This document shows positions 44,229 through 54,032 of a stretch of DNA of 64,000 bases, piece by piece. The stretch lies in the NCBI GenBank assembly GCA_964057225.1, contig OZ059895.1, positions 15,810,001 through 15,874,000 on the forward strand, read 5' to 3'. Made by a program: the position numbers and the translations under genes. The notes below the pieces were generated by a model that was not told where the DNA came from, did not search any database, and saw only the letters and a program-made list of their open reading frames with translations. The stretch comes from Auanema rhodensis. Lineage: Eukaryota > Animalia > Nematoda. Positions within the stretch are counted from its first letter, which is position 1; each line of letters begins with the position of its first letter.

Positions 44229-47200
44229 AAGTACAAGATGCTCTAAGAGAAGATTTCGATGGTATTGAATGTAGTATTGGGCCTGGGCCCGTATTGGCAC
44301 AATCACCATTCCGTATGCCATTCAAACATCTAGGCAGACAGGTAACACTTTTTTTCTTTAGTTCTTTCAATTATACGTGTATTTTAAAGGTTATATATGT
44401 CCCGGATTTATCTGTATCCTGTTTAGAAGATTTTGATAGTGCCACTTATCATCGAATTCAGCTAACCAAGGTTCGTTATTCTCTTAATTTTCGAAAGAGT
44501 TTCTGTTTTTATTTCATTTCATGGGAGGAGGGACACAATAAGTAAAAAATTATTTAGCAAAGATATAGTTAGCGAAGGGGAAGGTGGAGAAATAACTGGG
44601 TAGATTGAGATTAGTGAGAGAAAGATATAAAAGTTTTGTGGTGCGGGCTAACCTCCCCATGTCAAATACAATCCAGTAGTAGCAGCTGTTTCTCAAAGTT
44701 TCGATGTAGTAGAGAGAAAGAGGGAGAGAAGGATCGAGGAGAAGAAGAAGAAAAAGGAGAAGAAGGGGAAGAAGAAATATTTTGAAAATGACAGAAAAAG
44801 CGAGGGAGGGAGGAATATAGGGAAGAAGGAGGGTATAAGCAAGAAGTAGGTAAGATATCGTGATGGATATATGATGCAAAAAGAATCAGCTAGAAGATAT
44901 CTAAGTGAATTTCTGCTCAGAAAATGCTGAAGTGATATATATATATGCACGTTCTCTCTTGTATCATTCGAACTTTTGGAGAAGAGAACGAAAGAGAATA
45001 TGCTTCTGTTCGTTTTTTCTCACAAATGTTGATTGTTAATATAAATTGATTTGATAAGAGGAAGTTGAAATTTATATGTTTTCCAACCGTAGTTCTTTTC
45101 TTAATCAGTTGTATGCTCGAATGTCGTTCGGATAAAGCTTTAGCATTACAACCGAATCAGAGTAATCAAGTTTTTCATTTTTCAGAACAGTGCCATATTC
45201 ACTGATGGGCAAAGCGGTGGCTGCCTGGAGTTAATACTTGGTCGTGGCAAAGACTGGAAGATACCCTTGATCCGTCTGTTTAATCGTATTTATCCAGGAA
45301 AATGGGCTTTTTTCGTTGCTGAACTAGAGCAGGTTTGTCCTTTTTCTCTTTTTTCATCTTCTTTCCCATCTACCGTCTTTGGTGTATATCTGGCTTACAT
45401 GACGATATTTTAAAAAAATTCTTTAAGGGCCAAGCAGGTTTTCATCTGTTGTGCTCAGATTATCCTCCGTCATCAACTCGACGAGAAGATACTCCAGATT
45501 CCACAGAACAATCGTCACAAGTCAGTTCACCTACTGAATCGGTAATATTACTTATTTATTTGTATCTAATCTCATCATACCATATCAATTCTTTAGGTAT
45601 CAGAATCCACAAATAATTATTCTTTATGGATTGTTCCAATCACACAAATTTTTGCTATTCCACCACCTAAAAAGGTTAAAATAGTCAAACGAGTTGTAAA
45701 GAAGAAGACTGGGGAAGGACTAGAGAATGGCTCCCCACCAGCACCATCAACAACTACAACAACAACGATAATTGGAGAAGATGGGAAAGAGAAAAAGGTT
45801 CATTCCTCCAATATTTCCCTTTATATTCTAACTCTTTCATTCTATTTTAGGTACGAATTGTCAAAAAAATTGTTAGAAAGGAGAAAACTCCTGAGAAGGA
45901 CAATGTCGTGAGCAGTACTACTCCAACACCAATGACTTTTGAACCAAATTCTATTACACCATCAAGCACTGAGTTTGTAACTCCTATTGTTAGCTCGTAT
46001 GCTTTCATTGTTTTTGCTTAAACTCATTATATATTCGTTCAGAACATCATCAGATAATTGTCGTGAGATGTCAGCATCATCTAGTACAAGTACATTAAAG
46101 CCTGAAAGAGAGAATAGTCCACCAGGTGCAGTGGTTGTAGCGGGAACATCTGGTTCTGAAACCAAATCATCAAATTGTACTTCTGCCTCATCGGACCAAA
46201 CCAATTCCAATATACTATCATCTTCTCGTCGATCATCATCCAAAACATCACTTGAGGTTTTTTTTCAGAAGAATATATCAGCTCATCTATATTCATTCAG
46301 AAAAAGGATGACGATGACGACGACGATGAAAGTATTCAGGAATTAAGACGAAAGCTTTTACTGGGACAAAGACAAGCTGAAGAAAAGTTTCAAGTTAATG
46401 GAGAGGTTAGTTGAATATGAATATGATCTCTCGAGTATATTAAAGTCTTTTCAGTTGTTATCCACACGTCGATTGGCTACAGCATCAAATGGTTTGCGTC
46501 CATCCTTAAGTCGTAAGAGCATCACACCTGATAAACGTCTTGATCCTATTTATGAAGGTAATTAGTTGTTTTTCAATGGCGCATAGAGGAATTACGTTTC
46601 TTAGGTCCTGGAAGGAAAGATAGAAGCATTTCTCCAGCAAAGGTCGTACAACAAGAATGTGTTTTCCGATCAAATGGTATTTTGGATAGTTTGGGCATCA
46701 CACCTGTCACAACTACGAAAGCTAGTAATGGTGTTAGTGGTGTTCCTTATATAGTTTTGCAAGCTATGCTTGGCAATGGATTCTTTTCCTATGAGGAGGT
46801 AAGATTCAATATGAAATTCTTCCTGATACAACCTATTTCAGCTGGGAAAGTTGCGTTTAGTTCATCCACACTGGGACGAGATTGCTGGTCAAACCTTGAA
46901 TGCTGGCTACTACAAATTGTTGAAGAGGTAGTATTCAGTATTTACTTCAAGATGATGAAAGTATTATTCTAGATCCGATAATCTTCTGATGTCTCTGCAA
47001 CGTCGTCTACCAGGCGATCCCAGTCTGCAATACCCAACAACAGTTCTAACAAACATTCAAGTTCACATTCTGAATTCTGTAGATATTATGAGGACGGTAC
47101 TGGATGAAGGTTGGTTACACGAACATGTCATGTTGTTTAAAACTTGGTTTAGGTGTATGTTGTTTCCCTTATGGTATTATTCTCGATAGAACTTTCCATT

Positions 47201-47697
47201 TGCTCGATTTAATTGAATTAATGCTCAAAGGAGGAACTGGGTTAGATGAAGTTAAGATAGATTGGCAATCAGTTGCCTCTCTAGCTAAGAAAGCTTCCCT
47301 CCATTATCGGACAAAGTTGGAAAAAGTGATGGAAGAACGGTATATAACGTTCGCAGTATGACTTAAAACTCTTATTTCTATTTCAGAATGGGTGAGAATC
47401 TTCGGTTGAAAGCTGCTCAGCGAATCATTCGACTGGATTCTTTCATGGTGGAAAGTACCGTAACGAAGTTGGAAAAGGATCAAATGAAAGCTCGTGATGA
47501 CTTGAAATGGGAAATAGAACAACTTCAACAGCAGAATACTCAATTACGACGAGTATGCTCTATGATAATTCTGTATTTTATCTAAATTACAAATTATTTA
47601 GGATAATCGACAACTTAAGCAAGATCATATGAAACTTGATGCTCGAGTGGAGATTTTGGAACAGAAGTTCAAAACCTTGGCACGTTTACTGGGCTAA
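44229..47697 (+). CDS. FBXO28-like F-box protein with long N-terminal extension and C-terminal coiled coil (5' end not resolved)
   Basis: Segments FFSYEELGKLRLVHPHWDEIAGQTLNAGY, VCCFPYGIILD and a terminal coiled coil resemble recalled FBXO28 (FMSYDEISQLRLV...MLNQGF, LCCFIPGKVID). Upstream exons encode Ser/Thr-rich and Lys-rich segments. Confidence 0.72.
44710..44835. repeat. GA-rich polypurine low-complexity tract (intronic)
   Basis: Almost pure A/G tract, the source of spurious Leu/Phe/Ser-rich minus-strand ORFs. Confidence 0.8.
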
Positions 47698-49099
47698 GAT
47701 TACTTTCAGGTTTTGAAGAAGAAAACTTCAATATATATAATATCTATTATCAGTACAAATGCCCAAATTTGTTCCAATGATGTTGATCGTGATCTTTTTT
47801 TTTTAATTTCTTTAATTTCTGAATCATTTCCATTTCTCAACCATTAATGTGCTAATGATTTGTATTCATGATGATGTTGAAGAATCTTCTTCTAACTTCT
47901 AACAACTTTAATGTATAAAATTTTTTTCTTCTAAAATATAGATTTTCTGAGGAATATTTAACCAAGAATAATCAAAACACAAAATGCTGTGTTTATCTTC
48001 GGTTATCTTTATTTCCATTCTTTCGCCCATTATAACTGCGGGTTTAAATCATTTTTATTTCAAAAAATTAACCGAAAAAATCGAGAAATACAATAGATTT
48101 ATAGAAAGTTTCCTTTTTGTTTTATATCTTTACAACCCATTCTCCTCTCATAGTCTCTTCTGAAGAATGCTTTTTCCAGTCATCAAGTCGTTTATGTTTT
48201 CCCCCTAAAAAAAGGTTTTTTTTACGAATACATGAATGAAGATAGCTTATTCTTATATAATATTATTGTTATAATTTAATAAAGTTTTAATATTTTCTTA
48301 TTTTTAATTGAAATACTGCATATTTCATATATGATCATTATGAAGTGAAGTTATTGCTCTATGCATGATCACGATATGATTGTTTCACATGTGTTATTTC
48401 AAAGATCAGATCCTTAAAACACTGAGATTATTGAATATTTTAAATGTTTAAGTTATCAATTCTTCTAATTATTATATTAAAATAAATTGTGTTTAAAGAA
48501 TCAATACTGAAAACAAAATTAAAGCAGAACGAAATGTTTTGAAATAATTTTTTAATCCCCCCCCTCTTAGAGCCTATTTCAGCTTATTCTTCAGGTTTTA
48601 CCAGCAAGCTTTTGAGCATATAACCTAAAAGATGTATGAAAACAGCCTACTTACCAATAATCAAACAATGATTCAAATAAATACAATATTTTATATTAAT
48701 TGTTAATTCTTACACAGTTATTGAATAATTAAGAGAATTTTAAACGAAATTATTAATATAACCTGTTTTCTCTGTAAAGGTTTCTTTGAAAAACAATTTT
48801 TCAAAGTTCCATAAAAATATTCATTAGTTAACTTTTCAATACATTCTTTGTATTCTTTCTAAATGTGCTCATTTCTCCTTTTCAACCGTTCTCTTCAGAT
48901 TCATTATCAAAATGAAAATTTAAACCATTTAGCAGTTTAAAATCAAAGTTAGAACGTGTTCATTAGCATATTTCAAAAAAGTCAAATTTTAATAATGCTC
49001 ATGAGGCTCAATCATTTATAGTAGCTTATTATGACCTAATTTTGTTATAACTAACATGTTTTGCTCATTCTCATTATAAAATCTTTGTAGATTTTGGCA

Positions 49100-50738
49100 A
49101 TGGAGCGTCTAATCATACACGGAAGCATCATCAATGATCCTCTGTACAACTGCAGGTCAGTTTTCCATCACTTGTCAAATTTACCCTATGAGGTAATAGA
49201 CATGTTTGAGCTTTAAGCCTTTTGCTATTTTTTCTTTTTGAAGTGCTCGCAGTGCTCAAATGGCTGTCAACATGTCCACATTTCAACCTGATCTAACTTA
49301 TGCAATTGGCTATTTCTCGATGGGAGTCATAAATATAGTAGGCTGATTTTCAGAACTAACAGAATGTATCCTCTTTCTGAGCTTCAGGTTCTCTTCATTC
49401 TTTGCGTGAAAGTGATGTTGGAACCAGCGTATTTCGTATTTTCAGCTTACAAAATTATGATTGTGATGTCGTTCTGTGATATGATCGGAATAGCTCACAA
49501 CAGTCTCATATACAGTACGGATTAAGTATATCTTTTCTTGAATATATATGATATAAACAAGATTTATATCTATTTTTATAATATTTAGTTTTGAATCGTT
49601 TATCTTTTAGGTTGTGTGTACTATTATGGCATATCTTTCTGTGATGCACCAAACTTCATTTATATAATTGGTTGTATGGTTGCAAGTAATATTGATTATT
49701 CTTTTATTTTTTCAGTTTCTAAACAAACTTTATAATATTTGAATATAAAACTTTAAATTATAGGTGCTTGGATAACTTCATCTTCATTATCGTCTGTTCT
49801 GGTTGTGAATCGCTTGGTTGAGTTCCATTGTACTGAGTAAAGTTTCATCTTACCATATCATCGTACTCATTCAAATCTTCCAGAAAAAAGCTGTTGTCGA
49901 ACATTTTCAATGGTAAATACACACCTCTTGTAATGCTTGTTCCAATTACAGCTGGTTTTTATTATTTAATTCGTGAACCATCCTTAATACTTGACCCAAC
50001 AACTGGCTTAGCGCCGTGGGATCCACAAATTTTCGAAAATGCTTCATCAGCGGTATCATATAATCGGCGAACCATCTTTAAATATTTGAATATTATTTCA
50101 GTATTTCAGTCCTATGATCGTTTTCAATAACACTGTTGTTGTATCATTTAACAGCGTTTGCAGCATTATTTTATGTGTTAACATATTCAATCGATTACAC
50201 GAAAATTTTGGTTCTAACATAGATCGACGTCGTCAAATTACGGTTTATCCCTTTAAAAATTTTCAAATTTTATAAATTTTCATTATGTTTCAGCTTTTCT
50301 TTCAATGTTTATGTTTGGTTACTCTATGTAATGTAGCTGCCCTGGTATATCTCATTAACTTCATATTCTCATGTCCTATGTTTTTCCAACAAATGGGTGG
50401 ATACTTGTACTTATTGTGCACAAGTGAACCAAATTCCATATATTCTTCTTTCTCATTTCATTGTATTTGTAGGTTCTCCACCTTATATATACATTCTGCT
50501 TAATCGATCTATCTATCATGGAATATTGAAATTTTTCTTTAAATACAAGCCACGAAAGTTTTTTTCAATCAGTAGGGTTAGCACATTATATAAATTCAAT
50601 AATGTTTTCTATTAAGCTGCTAAAACAACTTCAACATGGTCGAGTAGACGGATGCAAACGAATCCAAGTACATCCTGGTTTACGATGATTAAACCTACAC
50701 AGCATTTCTCACCAAACGCAATTGTACCGCAATCCTAG
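49100..50738 (+). CDS. Serpentine chemoreceptor, class T (Srt-like 7TM GPCR)
   Basis: Motifs MERLIIHGSIINDPLYNC, YKIMIVMSFCDM, FCDAPNFIY, VVNRL, FNN, QITLFFQC and GSPPYIYILLNRSI. Confidence 0.85.
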
Positions 50739-51955
50739 TATAGAGATTGAGTTTAAGCTCATATTTCTATTTCAAAACAGTTAGAGACTGTTCCCTTTTA
50801 GAGAACCCAGAAAATCTCTTCAAACTCCAAAAAAAACATTTTTTTTTTGAATTTTTGTAGTTTGTATGGAAAGATGAGGGATTCAAGTGGGCGTCCAAGG
50901 TACATCACACAGGACCGCATATTCAAATAACTCAGCTCTATGATTTAAGTTTCAAACAACCGATACATCTAATTAGTAATAAGCTCATATTAACTGTATG
51001 ACAGATGTATATACATCTGTATATATACAACTAATTTCATTTAATTATTACCTTGTATGCACTTCAATCATATTTTACTTAACAACGACAGAAATCATTT
51101 AGAATATTGTTGTCTTTTGTAAATTATTAATTTAACTAATCTTATATAAAGATACAACATCACTTCAGAGAGCAATTGGTATAAAAGCACGTAGCCAAAC
51201 TCATAGTATCAACATTTCAAAAAGTACTTTGTTCATAATGAAAAACATCACTTAATGCGACTTGTTTTTGAGCTTAATATTCATTATCAATAATTAGTTA
51301 AAAAGTTATATGACACAATAGTTCAAATAGCTTCTTTGAAAAATAGTTCTATGAAAATCAGAATATGATTTATCAAATATTTATTTCGTTATTTAACAAA
51401 TTTTACAAGTGAAAAAGATATTTGCCATAGAATATTGAAGAATAACAATCCAACATGAAAGTCACATACTATTCAATAGATGTACAACATTTTTTTATTG
51501 AATAATACATTATCTAATAGTACTAAACAAATGAATAGAGATCTCAAATCTCAAAATCTATGAATTAACTTTATTTGATTTAACATGCTGGACTTTCTAT
51601 TATTATAATTCGTTAATTAAAAATTCAAATTATAATCTTTCAATGTCTTTACAGAATGTTTTTTCTTTTCTCTTATGCTTACGTCATATAGGGGTGGGAG
51701 AGGAATGATGTAAGTATTATCTTCTAAACTCGAATGAATATCATTGATTAGACTAACGATGAGTCCACGTGAGTCCCACGTGTATCCACACGCTCACTTC
51801 ATTTTTGAATTATAATAGCACTTGACCGGTTGTTCTTCATGTTATAGAGTTACTTCTATGCTAAACCTTCTATTTCCAGAAAAACTCTGACCATTGAAGC
51901 TATGGGAAAAACTTAGAATCTTAACGTTGCCATTTTGACAGCATTAAGCCCCATG

Positions 51956-52027
51956 TCCTCGGTAGTATAGTGGTGAGTATCCGCGTCTGTCACATGCGAG
52001 ACCCGGGTTCAATTCCCGGCCGGGGAG
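51956..52027 (+). tRNA. tRNA-Asp(GTC), copy 1
   Basis: TCCTCGGTAGTATAGTGGTGAGTATCCGCGTCTGTCACATGCGAGACCCGGGTTCAATTCCCGGCCGGGGAG folds as a full cloverleaf with anticodon GTC. Confidence 0.97.
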
Positions 52028-52217
52028 AATATTTTGCACCACTTGGATTTATATCCTTCCATGTAATGCCCTGAGGGTTAATTATCAGTAAAATTGTTCC
52101 TTGATTGGCGAATTGGTCGTGAACAGGATGGTTTTTAATATGATTACAGGTTTTCCCACATGAGTTGCAATCAAAGACATTCCGAATGTTTTCCCTCAAG
52201 TGCATATATTAAAAAGA

Positions 52218-52279
52218 AGTGAAACCCATATGAGATACCAAACAAGGTATGGCCTGTTAGACTCATTGAGTTGACCATT
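52218..52279 (+). promoter_or_regulatory. Putative U1 proximal promoter (PSE region)
   Basis: ~60 bp (AGTGAAACCCATATGAGATAC...) directly upstream of U1 and nearly identical in both copies, while the spacer further upstream diverges. Confidence 0.55.
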
Positions 52280-52442
52280 AAACTTACCTGGCTGGGAGCT
52301 GCCCGCGATCATCAAGGCGGGCTCTCTACGAAGAGGCCTGATCATTGCACTTTTCGATTGGGCTGACCTGTATGGCAATCTCGAGTTGAGATTCGCCAAC
52401 AGCTAAATTTTTGCGTTTGGGGATGCGTTCGCGCGTCCCTTA
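52280..52442 (+). ncRNA. U1 snRNA, copy 1
   Basis: 5' AAACTTACCTGG, loop I GATCATCAAG, loop II ATTGCAC, Sm site AATTTTTG and a terminal stem-loop IV. Confidence 0.96.
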
Positions 52443-52682
52443 CAATCTGAAGTATAAAGTTCATGCTTCGTGATTAGAATATCTTCAGAGTTTCACGTGA
52501 AGTCCACGTACATCCACACGCTCACTTCATTTTTGAATTATAATAGCACTTGACCGGTTGTTCTTCATGTTATAAAATTACTTCTATACTACAATTTTTC
52601 TTTTCAGGAAATTGTGATCATTGAAGCCAAGGGAGAGACTTAGAATCGTAACGTTGGTATTCTGATAACGTGTAGCGACGTG

Positions 52683-52754
52683 TCCTCGGTAGTATAGTGG
52701 TGAGTATCCGCGTCTGTCACATGCGAGACCCGGGTTCAATTCCCGGCCGGGGAG
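52683..52754 (+). tRNA. tRNA-Asp(GTC), copy 2
   Basis: Identical to copy 1. Confidence 0.97.
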
Positions 52755-53006
52755 AATGTTTTACACCTGTTCAGTATGTTTTCTTCCAGGTAATGCCCTG
52801 AGGGTTAAATTATCCGTAAATGTATTGTTTCATTGGCTAAATAGTTGTGAACGGGATGGTCGCCAATATTGTCGGGTTCTTCCCGCTTGAGTTGCAATTA
52901 AAACTTGATCGAATGTTTTTCCTCATGATTCAGAAATTTAATAAAGTGAAACCCATATGAGATACTAAACAAGGTATGGCCTGTTAGACTCATTGAGTTC
53001 ACCATT

Positions 53007-53169
53007 AAACTTACCTGGCTGGGAGCTGCCCGCGATCATCAAGGCGGGCTCTCTACGAAGAGGCCTGATCATTGCACTTTTCGATTGGGCTGACCTGTAT
53101 GGCAATCTCGAGTTGAGATTCGCCAACAGCTAAATTTTTGCGTTTGGGGATGCGTTCGCGCGTCCCTTA
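53007..53169 (+). ncRNA. U1 snRNA, copy 2
   Basis: Identical to copy 1. Confidence 0.96.
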
Positions 53170-53186
53170 CATTCTCGAGCCATGTG

Positions 53187-53205
53187 TCCTCGGTAGTATA
53201 ATGGT
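53187..53205 (+). pseudogene. 5' fragment of a third tRNA-Asp
   Basis: TCCTCGGTAGTATAATGGT matches tRNA-Asp positions 1-19 with one mismatch, then similarity stops. Confidence 0.75.
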
Positions 53206-53572
53206 TTGTTTTCAAATACTGCATATCCACGTATTACTTGAAACAAATTTTTTTTATTGTTTCTATTCCTGGACTGGTAGAATATTCTGAAGATTTTCCA
53301 TTGCACTTCAGGTAAAATAAAAAGTAAAATGAATGGTGAAGTAGGGGCTTAAACGCCGGACTTGTTTATAGAACCTGCAAACCATGCTAAACTTTCATGT
53401 GCAAGGAAATGAAGTGCTTTTGGCCTTGATATCTTGTCCCTAAAGAGCATCATTAAGCAAAATAATCAAATGAACTGCGGGGTAAATTGATATATAGAAA
53501 TATTTCATTAATCTATAAATTATTATAATAGTTATTATCATTATATATATATAAACAAGTGATGCAATCGTA

Positions 53573-54032
53573 TTAGGATCTGTTCGAGGTTTCAGTTAAG
53601 GAAGTTTCTCCACCAGCTTCACCTCCGCCAATTGTGCCTGTCAGACTACCTACTACTCCATCGATTACTGTTCCAACACCGGGCATGACAGTGGCTACAA
53701 TAACTTTAATGAAATGCTGATTAAAATGAAACTTACGCTGCTCCAATAGATGTTCCGACCGAACCTCCACCCCATTCGCCCCCAATCCTAACAGCTCTCT
53801 TCATTAATTTATCATTTTTTCTGTGTACCGTGCTAGCTAATCGAAACAAGTATATTACACAAGCCCCTGGCATAAACACAGTTTTTGCTGGTTTCAGTGC
53901 AGTTAATATGCTTGACATTGCTATAATAGGCTTGGATGAAGCATACAAGAGGATTTTAGAAAAGATTTCAAGTTTACGGTTAGTATCGTTTCGAGTTTTA
54001 ACCATCATCATATTTTGGCCTTGATTTGGATC
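53573..54032 (-). pseudogene. Glycine-zipper membrane-protein gene remnant abutting the satellite
   Basis: Two frames encode AVRIGGEWGGGSVGTSIGA and VMPGVGTVIDGVVGSLTGTIGG (GxxxG repeats). The GTAAGT donor at 53736 does not join them in frame with any nearby AG, and the 5' side runs into the satellite. Confidence 0.45.

Larger units (their letters stand above)
51769..53170 (+). repeat. Tandem duplication (~727-bp period) of a tRNA-Asp + U1 snRNA unit
   Basis: The tRNAs (51956 vs 52683) and the U1 genes (52280 vs 53007) are each offset by 727 bp. The RNA genes are identical, while the spacers are alignable but diverged. Confidence 0.92.

Noticed and set aside
41167-44950. Leu/Ser/Phe- or Arg/Glu-rich ORFs at 41167, 41218, 43564, 44550, 44693
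   Set aside because: These are translations of CT/GA low-complexity tracts.
51990-52399. Minus-strand ORFs at 51990 and 52196
   Set aside because: They are antisense to the tRNA-Asp and U1 genes and show no coding signal.
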